In this document: positions 9,374 to 19,730 of the stretch, piece by piece
Layout of the letters: each line of letters opens with the position of its first letter
How positions within the stretch are numbered: the first letter of the stretch is position 1
Source of the DNA: Sedimentisphaerales bacterium
GTDB taxonomy: Bacteria; Planctomycetota; Phycisphaerae; Sedimentisphaerales; SM23-30
Assembly (NCBI GenBank): GCA_963663805.2
Contig: CAXXMR010000020.1
Location: 128,001-192,000, forward strand
Length of the DNA: 64,000 bases
Reading direction: 5' to 3'
Made by a program: the position numbers and the translations under genes
The notes under the pieces: model-generated
What the model saw: only the letters and a program-made list of their open reading frames with translations
The model's database searches: none
Told to the model about the DNA's origin: nothing

Positions 9374-10822
9374 CAATCCTGTTCGGCACATTTATTGCTT
9401 TAGGCTTTTGGCCTCCTGTATTTTTTTTAAAAAAAACCCGAAATGTTAAGATAGGTAATTTGCGCTCGAGGGATATTTATGCTCTAATAGGAGGCATGAG
9501 TGCTAAGCGTAAAAAAATCCAGGAGCGGGACCTGCGTGGGTTCAAGTATTTCAAGTCCCTCTCGGCTCTGCTGAAAGGTCTTCACTCGGCGGGATGTGAG
9601 CGGGACCGGGCCGGCAATCGCACATTATTCATGGACCAGTATGTCAGTCTGCTGCTGTTATACATGTTCAATCCGATCTGCAGTTCCATCCGGTCTTTGC
9701 AGCAGGCCGGCGAGCTCAAAAAGGTACAGCGGCTGTTGGGTTGTTCGCGTGCTTCGCTGGGTTCGCTTTCGGAAGCATCCCGGGTTTTTGAGAGTTCTTT
9801 GTTAGAGCCGATAATCGCTCAACTCACTGAGCAGTTAGGGCCGATATCTCAGGACAAAAAACTGGAAGTCGGTCAGGTCATTACCCTGGTGGACGGCAGC
9901 AGTATTCAGGCTTTGCAAAAACTCACTCAGGCTGCCTGGGACACCGACAAACCCGGAATTAAAGCACACACTCAGTTTGATCTGGAAAAATATGTGCCTC
10001 TGAAAATAAATATCAGTGAAGACAAGTCTGATGAGCGAAAGGTTTTTTTAGAGAATCTTCAGCCCGGCCGGATTTATGTCAATGATCGCGGATATGCCTG
10101 TTTTAAGCTGTTTCAGGCCATTGTGGATAGTAAAAGCTCTTTTGTCTGTCGGCTGCGTGAGGATACGGTTTACGAAACTATTCAGGAAAAACCTTTAACT
10201 GAAGATGCTCGAAAAGCGGGGATAATTTTTGATCGTACGGTAATCGCCGGCAGCAGTGAAAAACTGCGGGAAGATTTCAAACAACCGTTACGCCTGATAG
10301 CGGTTGAATGTCAACCGCATTTGAAACGGGGCCAGGGACCACGTCAGAGTGAGATGATTTTGATTGCCACCGACCGGCTGGACCTGGACGCCGAAGTCAT
10401 TGCCCTGCTCTATCAGAAACGCTGGGCCATCGAAATATTTTTCCGCTTTTTTAAGCATGTGCTGGGCTGCCGACATCTGCTAAGCCTCTGCGAAAACGGT
10501 ATCGAACTACAGATGTACGCCGCGATTATCGCCTGTATGCTGATCAGCCTGTGGACGGGCAAAAAACCAACTTTAAGAACCTACGAAATGCTCTGCTGGC
10601 ACCTCTGCGGCATGGCCGACGAGCAAGAAATGCAGAACCATATCAATAAACTCCAAAGCCAAAACTAAGGCCGATCCTCAAAAAAATCGCCGCTGCCGCT
10701 GATGCTGCGCCAAAATAACCAGTGCCGACAGTCCCACTGAGGGATAATCCCCGCTAAATCATATGAACTGCAAAGACCACAGAAAAACTGTATTTGAGCA
10801 ATAAATGTGCCGAACAGGATTG
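9374..10822 (+). mobile_element. Complete IS4-family element (1449 bp)
   Basis: 26-bp perfect IR CAATCCTGTTCGGCACATTTATTGCT; 9-bp TSD AAAAATGGC at 9365-9373 and 10823-10831. Confidence 0.95.
9496..10668 (+). CDS. IS4-family DDE transposase
   Basis: LVDGS, DRGY and YQKRWAIEIFFRFFKH (YREK) motifs; GGAGG RBS. Confidence 0.93.
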   Translation: MSAKRKKIQERDLRGFKYFKSLSALLKGLHSAGCERDRAGNRTLFMDQYVSLLLLYMFNPICSSIRSLQQAGELKKVQRLLGCSRASLGSLSEASRVFESSLLEPIIAQLTEQLGPISQDKKLEVGQVITLVDGSSIQALQKLTQAAWDTDKPGIKAHTQFDLEKYVPLKINISEDKSDERKVFLENLQPGRIYVNDRGYACFKLFQAIVDSKSSFVCRLREDTVYETIQEKPLTEDARKAGIIFDRTVIAGSSEKLREDFKQPLRLIAVECQPHLKRGQGPRQSEMILIATDRLDLDAEVIALLYQKRWAIEIFFRFFKHVLGCRHLLSLCENGIELQMYAAIIACMLISLWTGKKPTLRTYEMLCWHLCGMADEQEMQNHINKLQSQN

Positions 10823-10988
10823 AAAAATGGCTGAAAAATAGATTTTATCCGCAGATTTTTTAAGAAGGCAAGAGGCATTAGGCATGAGGCAGAAGTGAAC
10901 GGCCAGGTTTCGACCTGCGGTCGAGGGTTGAATGATTAACGGCGAGGTGCTGCCTTGGGCAGGGGTTGTTTTTATTTTTTTCTTTTAA

Positions 10989-11037
10989 CCGGGGGCTTAC
11001 GCACCCCGGCTATTCGCTCTTTCGACCCCTTTGGGTC
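10989..11037. repeat. REP-like double hairpin
   Basis: CCGGGG-gcttacgca-CCCCGG and GACCC-cttt-GGGTC in an intergenic region. Confidence 0.5.
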
Positions 11038-11189
11038 TTTGACGGGGAAGAATTTATGGACAGGGGGGACATTGTGGACTTAATGGACTTGTCTGGACGG
11101 GCTGGACTATCGGGGCGGGTTTTTGTGGTTTGTCCTGGCGTTGGCGTTTCGGGCTACTGTTGGTGGTTGGGATAAATAATTGTACCGGA

Positions 11190-11223
11190 CGGACACCGTT
11201 TCCTCCCGGACACCGTTTCCTCC
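11190..11223. repeat. Perfect 17-bp tandem duplication CGGACACCGTTTCCTCC x2
   Basis: Read directly from the sequence. Confidence 0.9.
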
Positions 11224-11239
11224 CCCCGTCCTTGACTTT

Positions 11240-11770
11240 TCAAGGGTAGAAGGCGGCGATTGCTATTGTCAGCCAGATGATTAGGGCGGCGGCGATTTTG
11301 CAGATTGTTCCGGTTAGGTATCCCAGGCCTGCTCCTACGCCGCTGCGGATAGCTTCGGGGTGGGAGCGGCCGCTTTTTTTCTCCCTGAAGGCTGCTCCGG
11401 CGGCGGCACCCAGGCAGGCTCCGATGAGTGTTCCTAAAAGAGGGACGGGGATTATGACCGTTCCGGTGATGGCACCGATGACTCCGCCGATGAGGGCTCC
11501 TAATGCTCCGCGTGAACTGCCGCCGGCGCGTTTGGCACCGACAACCCCGGCGAATAATTCGGTTAGCTCGGCGAGTACGGCAATTACGACAATGCTGATT
11601 AACAGGGGTGTGCTGAAGTAGTCTGTGGGGCTTTTCCAGAGGTCCAGAGCGATGGTAGAGGCAATCATGAGCCAGTTGCCGGGCATTCCAAAGAAAACCA
11701 GGGTCAGCCAGAGAAGGTTGAGCAGGATTAGCAGGATGGGCCAGAGATATTGGAGGATTGTTTCGGTCAT
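11240..11770 (-). CDS. DUF456-family membrane protein
   Basis: GMPGNW, GAKRAGGSSRGALGALIGG, glycine-rich TM helices. Confidence 0.85.
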   Translation of the reverse strand: MTETILQYLWPILLILLNLLWLTLVFFGMPGNWLMIASTIALDLWKSPTDYFSTPLLISIVVIAVLAELTELFAGVVGAKRAGGSSRGALGALIGGVIGAITGTVIIPVPLLGTLIGACLGAAAGAAFREKKSGRSHPEAIRSGVGAGLGYLTGTICKIAAALIIWLTIAIAAFYP

Positions 11771-11774
11771 TTTG

Positions 11775-12830
11775 TTAATTTTTCACTGGGAGTGTATTGT
11801 CCTTTTGGGGCCATTTGGTGGGGTGGAAGTGCAGATTGGCGGCGGTCAGGATGGGCAGTACATGTTGGACCATTTCGTAATGGTTTTTGGGGTACCAGAT
11901 GATTTTGGTTTGGGCTTTTTGGGCGAATTTTTCAGCGCATTGGGGTGGGACGACGGTATCTTTGGAGCCGCTGACCATTAGTATCTGGGAGTTTTGCAGG
12001 CGGTGGGCGTAGGTAAGCGGTTCGATAGATTTGAGCATTTCGGTGAGTTTTTCGGGGGTGATTTGCTGGTTGAGGATACTTTTTTTGATTCTGCGTACTT
12101 CGGGTTCTTCGGTCATAAGTACGGTGCTGAGGTCGCCGCCGGCCATTATGACGGCTGCTTTGGGGAATTGGGCATCCACTCCGGCAGCGAGTGCGGCGAT
12201 GAATCCGCCGAGGCTTACTCCGCAGATTCCGATCTGGTCGGGGTTGATATGGTTCTGAGCAGCGAGGCAGCGGGCGGTTCGTCTTATGTCCCAGACGGCT
12301 TGTTCGATGGCTGTGATGAGTTGTTCGGGGTTGTCAGTCATTTTGAGGAGTCGGCCCTGGTCCAGGCCGCGGCGGGGGCCGAAACAGGGCAGGTACATTA
12401 TACAGGCATCAATGCCGCTGCCGGCGAGACTGGTGGCGATAAAACGGGGGACGTACATGGAGCCGTCGAGGATGTCGAGCAGGATGACGACGGGTCGCTT
12501 CTGAGGGCCTTTGCATTGATAATATTCGCAGACGATAGTATTGTTTTCGGCGACATCGCCTTGCAGGGGTGAAGGAAAGCTTAGTTCGTAGACTTGATTG
12601 ATATTGCGGATATCGAGGAGCCTTTTCTGATATTGAAATTCCAGAGCGGGCCCCTGATAGCGTTTGAGCAGTTGGTCGACTTCGGGGTTATCATCGGGAG
12701 GGATAGGTCGGTTGATTTGGGCTGATACTGTCGCGGTTATGACTGCTGGTTCTGCGGCGGGTGGAGTCTGGGCGGTTGTAAAATTAAGGATGACGGTAAG
12801 CAGTAAACAGGTTGTTTTCGGGTGCTTCAT
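11775..12830 (-). CDS. Secreted alpha/beta hydrolase
   Basis: GVSLGG nucleophile elbow, DTVVP and H near the C-terminus; signal peptide from MKHPK. Confidence 0.85.
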   Translation of the reverse strand: MKHPKTTCLLLTVILNFTTAQTPPAAEPAVITATVSAQINRPIPPDDNPEVDQLLKRYQGPALEFQYQKRLLDIRNINQVYELSFPSPLQGDVAENNTIVCEYYQCKGPQKRPVVILLDILDGSMYVPRFIATSLAGSGIDACIMYLPCFGPRRGLDQGRLLKMTDNPEQLITAIEQAVWDIRRTARCLAAQNHINPDQIGICGVSLGGFIAALAAGVDAQFPKAAVIMAGGDLSTVLMTEEPEVRRIKKSILNQQITPEKLTEMLKSIEPLTYAHRLQNSQILMVSGSKDTVVPPQCAEKFAQKAQTKIIWYPKNHYEMVQHVLPILTAANLHFHPTKWPQKDNTLPVKN

Positions 12831-13118
12831 ATAATTCCTCAATCGGTGGTTCTTGAACCCCGCCAATTGTCGAAATCCTGTCGGTTTTCGTCTGCGGGGC
12901 GGGGCAAACTGGTAACGGCATGGTTTAGTTGTTTGTCCGCCGGCTGGTTGGACAAAAATATCTTAACGAGGTGATTATAGCGTGCCTTAAGGCTGGTGTC
13001 TAATCCTGGTCCGTCCGGGCTGGTGAGGATGGGCGGGAGAGGGGGTTGGCTGGGTCGGCTGGCTGATAGAATAGCATCGGTAGAACGTTAAGTTTTGGTT
13101 ATCAGGCGGACGGTCATT

Positions 13119-13183
13119 TGTCGCAAAATGGTTGAGGAACGTCGTGATATGGCTTTGTGATTTGAGTGGGTTGGTGTTACTAT
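13119..13183 (+). promoter_or_regulatory. Candidate AraC/XylR-type operator (21-bp-spaced direct repeat) plus -10
   Basis: TGTCGCAAAATGG at 13119 and CGTCGTGATATGG at 13140; TACTAT at 13178. Confidence 0.45.
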
Positions 13184-13243
13184 CTGGTAAGTCGCGACAA
13201 GGCAGGATTTGCTTTAAGGCTGTTTTAAATAAGGAGATATACA

Positions 13244-14119
13244 GTGAAAAGAAGGGCTTTTACGCTGGTAGAGCTTTTAGTTGTGGTGGCAATCATAGCT
13301 CTTTTAGTGAGTATTCTTTTGCCGGCGTTGGGTTCGGCTCGGACTCAGGCGAGGGTTTTGAGCTGTATGGCTAATGCCAAGCAGATTGGTACGCTGGTGG
13401 CTGTTTATCAGGCGGATTATGACGGATATGTTCCCAAGATGCTGAATATCTGGGGGAATGAGTTTGCTCCGAGTGAGTCGGTGTTTTTATCGGTTGCTTT
13501 GCGGGATTATTATGATTTGAAGATACCGTCGGGTTGGAAGCCTGATGAGCGTAATTTCGGCGGGTCTTATGGTAATGAAGTGCGGACGTATCAGAAAGAA
13601 TATGTGCCGGAGTTTTTTGTTTGTCCGTTTTTGCGAGGCAAGCCGGTGGCGGATACCTGGTGGGAGCAAACGGGAACGTTTAGTGTTTCGGGTGAGGTTT
13701 TTAAGGCTTATAGTCTGAAAGGTGCGGTTGAAAGTTACAATACTCATTTATGGCTTAAGAAGCGGGGCGATATTATTACGTCGGCGTTGGGCGGAACTGA
13801 TGACGGGGTGCGTAAATATGGGGTGTTGAACTGGTGGGAGCCGCTGTCGGTGCCGGCGGGCGGGAATGCTCGTGATAATTTTGATCAGACTCGGCCTGTG
13901 CGGTGGTCGAGTGTTAGTCTGGCGGCGACGAAGGTGGGAAGTTTGTCGGATGCTACAGCGTTTTATTGCGGGGCGGGTGAGTTTCTTGGTTCAGGCGGCA
14001 CTACGATGGGGTGGTATAATCAGGGCAGCCATAAGCGGGGCAATGACGGCGGGACAGTGGGTGGTTTTGGTGATATGCATGTTGAGTGGGTTAAAGGTAC
14101 TCAGATAGGTGATCGTTAA
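13244..14119 (+). CDS. Prepilin-type N-terminal cleavage/methylation protein (DUF1559-like)
   Basis: [26 protein letters not shown]-terminal H...FGDMHV. Confidence 0.9.
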   Translation: MKRRAFTLVELLVVVAIIALLVSILLPALGSARTQARVLSCMANAKQIGTLVAVYQADYDGYVPKMLNIWGNEFAPSESVFLSVALRDYYDLKIPSGWKPDERNFGGSYGNEVRTYQKEYVPEFFVCPFLRGKPVADTWWEQTGTFSVSGEVFKAYSLKGAVESYNTHLWLKKRGDIITSALGGTDDGVRKYGVLNWWEPLSVPAGGNARDNFDQTRPVRWSSVSLAATKVGSLSDATAFYCGAGEFLGSGGTTMGWYNQGSHKRGNDGGTVGGFGDMHVEWVKGTQIGDR

Positions 14120-14157
14120 AGTTGCGTAACGGGAAATGTTTTTACAGGAGAATGAAA

Positions 14158-14853
14158 ATGTTGAAAAGAAGTGTGCAAATGACTTTGGTGCTGGTAATGC
14201 TGGTTTCGGTTTGTGGGGCAGGTAATGTTCGCTGGAAATCCGTTTGGGAAGATAATGACTGGACGAACGCAAATAACTGGGATACGGGTACGGTGCCGAC
14301 TTCGGCGGATTTGGCGTTTATTGAAAGGGCTGTCGAGGTGCATCTGAATACGAGTACGGTGGTACTGGACCAGTTGCTCCTGGGCGGGCCCAATGGTACT
14401 TTATATGTCAACAGCGGTCAGGCAATAACTGCAAATCATATCAAGATTGGTGAATATGCGGGACATTCTGGCTTTCTTTATGTTGACGGCGGAACGATTA
14501 ATGTTGGTGGTTGGATGAGGCTTTCGCGTGCTGATGATCCTACGAGTAGGGCCTATGTTGAGCTTACCAGCGGGACTATAAGCGTGGGGACGTTGAATTT
14601 TGAGGAGCATGGCACTACTACCGGTTACGGCACAACGTTCAATATTACTGGTGGTGATTTGTATATTAGTGGCGACCGGCAGAGTGTAGTACAGACTTAT
14701 GTTGCGGCGGGCGCCTTGACGGGTAACGGCAACAGCGCGAACATTCGTTATGAGTATGTTAACGGCAAGACTCATGTTTACGCAGTGCCGGAGCCGATGA
14801 GTCTGATTCTGTTGGGGCTGGGTAGTGTTGGTGTTGTTCGACGGAAAAAATAG
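14158..14853 (+). CDS. PEP-CTERM surface protein
   Basis: Signal peptide; C-terminal VPEPMSLILLGLGSVGVVRRKK; AGGAG RBS. Confidence 0.93.
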   Translation: MLKRSVQMTLVLVMLVSVCGAGNVRWKSVWEDNDWTNANNWDTGTVPTSADLAFIERAVEVHLNTSTVVLDQLLLGGPNGTLYVNSGQAITANHIKIGEYAGHSGFLYVDGGTINVGGWMRLSRADDPTSRAYVELTSGTISVGTLNFEEHGTTTGYGTTFNITGGDLYISGDRQSVVQTYVAAGALTGNGNSANIRYEYVNGKTHVYAVPEPMSLILLGLGSVGVVRRKK

Positions 14854-14899
14854 AGATAATTGATAGTATGTTTCTAATATCATTGTAAGGGAGTAAAAG

Positions 14900-17800
14900 A
14901 TGAAACTACATTTCGGGATGATTTTGGCTTTGGTTATGGTTGTTCTTGGTTCTGCCGGTCAGGCGGACCAGGTACGGTGGAATTCCTCTTGGGTTGATAC
15001 TTATTGGGACACCTCTGGTAACTGGAATACGGGTACGGTGCCGGGTTCGGCGGATTTGGCTTTTATTGAAAAGGCGGTGAGCGTTTCGCTGAATGGCAGT
15101 TCGCCTGATGTTGACCAGCTTTTTGTGGGCGGCAGCGGAGCTTCCAATTCGCAGATTACCGTCGCGACGGGTGAGACTATTAGCACGAATTATCTGAAGA
15201 TATCCGAGTATGATAATTACAAAGGTGATGTTTTGGTTGAGGGCGGTAATATTGTGGTCAATAACGCGATTCGGATGTCGCGTGCGGACCATGTGGAGAC
15301 TTTGGGTTATCTGGGGATAGCCAGTGGCAGTGTTGAGGCTGGTTCTTTGGTTCTGGACGAGAACGGTGATACTACCGGGCTGGGTTCTTTGATTGATATT
15401 GAAGAAGGGTATCTGGCGGTTTCGGGTAATGTGGTTGACGCGATGATTGGCTATGTCGAGAATGGTCAGCTTACCGGTTATCAGGGCGGTGAGAATGTGC
15501 GGATTAAATATGACAGTGGTGAGGTGAAGACCTACGCTTATGGTGATCCGAACGACATTGCTCTGGGCAGTGTTCTGGTGCGTTATCATTACGCTTTTGA
15601 GGACGGCGACTGGTTTAATCCCAAAAACTGGGATGTTCCAACTTATGGCGGGGGATACCGGGTGCCGCGTGTGGTTGATTTCGCATTTGTGGACCGTAAT
15701 GTCGAGCCTTATATCGAAAACGGTACGGCCAAGGCCTACGATATGTTTATGGGCGAGAATCTGGGTGGGCAGAGTTATGAAGTAAAGTTGACCGTTGGTT
15801 CGGGCGGGGTTTTGGAAATAACTCGTATTCTGGCGATAGCTGAGTACGCAAACAGTAACGGTACTCTTATTGTTGATGACGGTGGTTATGTTAATGTGGT
15901 GGGCACGTTGCGGATGTCGCGTAATGATTCGGCGAATTGTTTTGCCAAGATAATCGTTAATGACGGCGGCAGTTTCCGTACGAGAAACGCTACTTATGAC
16001 CAGAACGGTACGGTTTACGGCAATAACTGCACAATCGAACTTGACGGCAGTGGTACGTTTACGGCTTCGTTTAACCGGGTTTCGGTTTATGAAGGTTTAA
16101 TCGCTGCCGGAAAGATTTATGGTAACGGGGTTCAGGGTGCGGCAATCGCCGAGTATGATTCGGAAGATAATGTTACGGTGGTTCGCGCCTTGTCGGAAGA
16201 AGAGATGAATCAGCAGATATGGGTTACCTGGAAGGAAACCTGGGAAGATGATGACTGGTTCAATCTGAATAACTGGTTACTTCACAGTGGCAGTACCGGG
16301 CTGATGATTCGACCTTTGACGCTGGAAGATTATGCTTTTATCGACAGGAATGTCGAAGTCAAGATAGCTGGTGAAGCTTTGGCTAAGCGGGTGTTTATGG
16401 GAGAAAGGGGTCCGGTGACGCTTACGGTGGAGCAGGGGGGGAGTCTCCACGTAGCGGATGCTTTTTTTGTAGCTCGTTATGATGTCAGTGACGCAATTTT
16501 GAAGGTTGATGATGGTTCGGTTCTGGTTGACGGCACTTTGTATGTTTCGGAAAATGATATTTCGACCTGTACGGGTCACGTTGAGCTTATCGATGGTGTG
16601 ATTGATTGTTACCGACTGAATCTGGATGCCAAGGGCACGACCAGTCCGGGTGCGAGTTTTAATATCAAAGACGGTATATTGAAGACCAATTACAGCTATC
16701 TGTCGGAAGTTGAAGGTTATATTGCGGATGGTTATCTGACCGGCTATGGCCAGAGTGATACTTTGACGACTCAGATTCTGGATGGTAAGGTCTGGGTCTG
16801 GGCGACTGATCCGAATTACGCTTATAACCCTGATCCGGCGGATAATACCAAGTGGCTGGACCCGTGTTCGATCACTTTGAGCTGGTCGGCGGGCGGTTCG
16901 ACGCTTAGTCATAATGTTTATTTCGGCGGTGAAGAAATTCTGGCTGATATAAACGGTGACGGTGTGATTGACAGTGATGATCTGGTGTTCATTTTCTCTG
17001 ACTGGCTGGGTTTCGACAAATCTGATTTCAGTCTGAAGGCTGATCTGGACCGGAACGGCAGTGTTGATCTGGCAGATTTCGCTATAGTGGCAGCTAATAT
17101 GGGTTCTGATTTGAGCGGCTCTTTCAAGGGCAATCAGGGCGGCACTAGTTATGTTTGCGGTCCGTTGAATTACGGTCAGAGATATTACTGGCGAATCGAT
17201 GAAGTGAAGGCTGGTGGGACGTTGGCAGGTGATGTCTGGAGATTCAGTACGGCAAATGACAGTCAGACGGTAGGCACGCCTATCATCTGGACGGCTGCTA
17301 CGCCGGACTATACTCAGGCGAATGCCGGTCTGCCGGTTCTCAATGCCAGCCATGCTCAGATTCATTATGGCAGTCCTGTCGAAAGCGGCGGGGACGGGCT
17401 GGTAAATCATTTTTCGTTTATCTGTGAGTATAATGGTTATCTGGTCGCGAGCTGGCAATCTCACAAGGACACTTTTGACGCGGCGGGCAGTCGGGTGTTG
17501 TACAGTGCCAGCAGTGACGGAGTGATCTGGACTGCGGCGGTGCCGGTTATAGATTCTCTCTCCGCGGTGGGGGATAATACCGTTGATGGTTATATTTGTT
17601 ACAATCAATGGTTCCGTGAAGTAGACGGTACTCTTTACGAAATCGTCAAGGTCAGACGTAAGCTGTCGGGCAGTTGGAAGGGTGAATTTTATATTGCCCG
17701 GAAGTTTGATGCCACGGCGGTTGTGGATGGTGCCCCGTTCTGGCTGGAGACGGAAACTCCGGCAGATTCGCTGGGTGATTATGCGAATTTAACCGATTTG

Positions 17801-18385
17801 CAGATGAGTAATCCGACGTTGTATGCTGATGCGGCGGCGTTGAGAGATTATATAGACGCTTATCATGATTACTATGGTCATTTTGCTTCATACGGCAGCA
17901 GAGGGTATACGAGCGGTATAGACGGTAATTTGTTGTTTGAGCCGTCGTTCTTTACCCGGCCTGATGGTCGTGAGGTGATGGTGGCGCGGGCGGCAGGTTC
18001 GTATCAGAGGTTGTTCGCGGTTGACCGGGTTGCCGGCGGCTTGTGGACCGGTGCGGCGGAGACTAATATCCAGGATTCGCCGGCTCTGAGCCGTTCGGGT
18101 AATCTGCCGGATGGTACGTGTTATCTGCTGGGCAATCATGTTGCTTATCTGGATGGTTCGGGAGACCGTAACCCGCTGACGATAGTGCTTTCGAGCGATG
18201 GTGTTTACTTTGACAGGGCTTATGCGGTAAGGGCGACGCCTTATGCCCGTAATTACGAGATATCCTCGAAAATAGGTTGTCAGTATCCGGACGCGGTGGT
18301 CGCCGATGGTTATTTGTGGGTGGTTTATTCGATACACGCTCAGGATATTGGGGTATCGAAAATCGCTTTGACAGAGCTGGACTGA
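14900..18385 (+). CDS. Large secreted protein: three beta-rich repeats, Ig-like domain with inserted dockerin-like pair, C-terminal sialidase/BNR-like propeller
   Basis: Three W..W.D..W....NW repeats; ADINGDGVIDSDDL and ADLDRNGSVDLADF; SSDGVIW, RNPLTIVLSSDG, QYP. Confidence 0.8.
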   Translation: MKLHFGMILALVMVVLGSAGQADQVRWNSSWVDTYWDTSGNWNTGTVPGSADLAFIEKAVSVSLNGSSPDVDQLFVGGSGASNSQITVATGETISTNYLKISEYDNYKGDVLVEGGNIVVNNAIRMSRADHVETLGYLGIASGSVEAGSLVLDENGDTTGLGSLIDIEEGYLAVSGNVVDAMIGYVENGQLTGYQGGENVRIKYDSGEVKTYAYGDPNDIALGSVLVRYHYAFEDGDWFNPKNWDVPTYGGGYRVPRVVDFAFVDRNVEPYIENGTAKAYDMFMGENLGGQSYEVKLTVGSGGVLEITRILAIAEYANSNGTLIVDDGGYVNVVGTLRMSRNDSANCFAKIIVNDGGSFRTRNATYDQNGTVYGNNCTIELDGSGTFTASFNRVSVYEGLIAAGKIYGNGVQGAAIAEYDSEDNVTVVRALSEEEMNQQIWVTWKETWEDDDWFNLNNWLLHSGSTGLMIRPLTLEDYAFIDRNVEVKIAGEALAKRVFMGERGPVTLTVEQGGSLHVADAFFVARYDVSDAILKVDDGSVLVDGTLYVSENDISTCTGHVELIDGVIDCYRLNLDAKGTTSPGASFNIKDGILKTNYSYLSEVEGYIADGYLTGYGQSDTLTTQILDGKVWVWATDPNYAYNPDPADNTKWLDPCSITLSWSAGGSTLSHNVYFGGEEILADINGDGVIDSDDLVFIFSDWLGFDKSDFSLKADLDRNGSVDLADFAIVAANMGSDLSGSFKGNQGGTSYVCGPLNYGQRYYWRIDEVKAGGTLAGDVWRFSTANDSQTVGTPIIWTAATPDYTQANAGLPVLNASHAQIHYGSPVESGGDGLVNHFSFICEYNGYLVASWQSHKDTFDAAGSRVLYSASSDGVIWTAAVPVIDSLSAVGDNTVDGYICYNQWFREVDGTLYEIVKVRRKLSGSWKGEFYIARKFDATAVVDGAPFWLETETPADSLGDYANLTDLQMSNPTLYADAAALRDYIDAYHDYYGHFASYGSRGYTSGIDGNLLFEPSFFTRPDGREVMVARAAGSYQRLFAVDRVAGGLWTGAAETNIQDSPALSRSGNLPDGTCYLLGNHVAYLDGSGDRNPLTIVLSSDGVYFDRAYAVRATPYARNYEISSKIGCQYPDAVVADGYLWVVYSIHAQDIGVSKIALTELD

Positions 18386-18523
18386 TTGATGTGAGTAAAA
18401 CAGGCGTGATTCTTTGGGTGAGGGTCACGCCTGCTATTTTTGTGAGTATTGACTGGGCCGGGATGTTCGGTTACAAGCTATAGAGGTTATTCTTACTTTA
18501 TACACTTGTTTTCAGGTAAAAAA

Positions 18524-19705
18524 ATGGCTGAAATTCCGAAAGTTCTGGTTCTGATAGAGTCGTCGCGGGGGCACGGACGAGCGTTATTGCGAGGTATTGC
18601 CAAATATATTCGGCTGCATCAGTCGTGGATAGTGCATCCGGAGTTGTTTGTTCATTTTTATGTGGATGATTCGAGTGGGAAGTACCTTGATCCGGGGCGG
18701 ATGCTGCAAGGTGAGCAGGTGAACGGGGTGATAACCCGCAATCTGAAAAAGGCCCAGGGTTATATTGACAAAGGTATTCCGGTGATAGTAGCGATTCATC
18801 TGCCGAAGATGGATGAGAGGCTGTCGCGGATAGTTATGGAGCATGAGAAAATTGGCGAGGTGGGGGCGGAGTTTTTTCTGGAGCAGGGTTTTAAGAATTT
18901 CGCTTTTTGCGGTTTTAAGAATATGTACTGGTCAAAGGACCGTTTTCGAGGTTTTGAGCGTCGGGTGAATGAGGCGGGCTATGAAGTACAGTTGTTTGAT
19001 ATGACTAACAGGCGAAGTTCTGATTTGAAATATAAGGGTGAGCGGCCGATAGAGAAGTGGCTCTTGTCGTTGCCGAAGCCGACGGGTTTGATGGCGGTCA
19101 ATGACGACAGGGGTCAGTTTGTGGTTTCGTCTTGCAAGCGGCTGGGTCTTTGTGTGCCGGAAGAAATCGCGGTGGTGGGGGTTGATAATGATGATATTGT
19201 TTGTGATTTGTGTTCGCCGTCGTTGTCGAGTGTGGATTTGAATACTTCACTGGCGGGCTATGAAGCGGCGGCGTTGCTGGACCGTTTGATGAACGGTGAG
19301 GAGATGGCCGGCCAGACGATAAAGATTTCGCCGACGCGGGTAGTAAAGCGTCGTTCGACTGATATTATCGCGGTTGAAGATGAAGATGTTTCGCAGGCGG
19401 TGAATTATATACGTCAGAATATCCGGCGGCCGATTCAGGTTCAGGATGTGGCGGATGCGATTGGATTGGGGCGGCGAACTCTGGAGCGTCGTTTTGATTT
19501 ACACTTAAAATGTTCGGTGAATAAGGAGATTCAGCGGATGCGCACCGACCATATTGCGGCGTTGCTTTGTGAGACGAATATTTCGATTGGGCAGATTGTT
19601 GACGAGATGAAATTTTCGAGTATTAACCATATAGCCAGATATTTCAAGCAAGAGAAAGGAATGAGTTTAGTTGAGTATCGTCAGAAAAACAGTATACTCC
19701 TCTAG
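18524..19705 (+). CDS. XylR-type regulator (LacI-like sensor plus AraC HTH)
   Basis: GRALLRGIAKY, VPEEIAVVGVDND, PSLSSV, GRRTLERRF. Confidence 0.92.
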   Translation: MAEIPKVLVLIESSRGHGRALLRGIAKYIRLHQSWIVHPELFVHFYVDDSSGKYLDPGRMLQGEQVNGVITRNLKKAQGYIDKGIPVIVAIHLPKMDERLSRIVMEHEKIGEVGAEFFLEQGFKNFAFCGFKNMYWSKDRFRGFERRVNEAGYEVQLFDMTNRRSSDLKYKGERPIEKWLLSLPKPTGLMAVNDDRGQFVVSSCKRLGLCVPEEIAVVGVDNDDIVCDLCSPSLSSVDLNTSLAGYEAAALLDRLMNGEEMAGQTIKISPTRVVKRRSTDIIAVEDEDVSQAVNYIRQNIRRPIQVQDVADAIGLGRRTLERRFDLHLKCSVNKEIQRMRTDHIAALLCETNISIGQIVDEMKFSSINHIARYFKQEKGMSLVEYRQKNSILL

Positions 19706-19730
19706 CCGGCAGTTCAGCGGTCAGCAGAAG

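Noticed and set aside
9349..9495. Extended N-termini given by the ORF track (also 7975, 8067, 18449, 45138, 63882)
   Set aside because: They cross IS ends or intergenic DNA; downstream starts have an RBS, a signal peptide or family-typical N-termini
16277..17608. Long antisense ORFs (also 33893-35011, 30343-31344, 21375-22295, 3962-4603)
   Set aside because: They lie opposite well-supported genes and show no motifs
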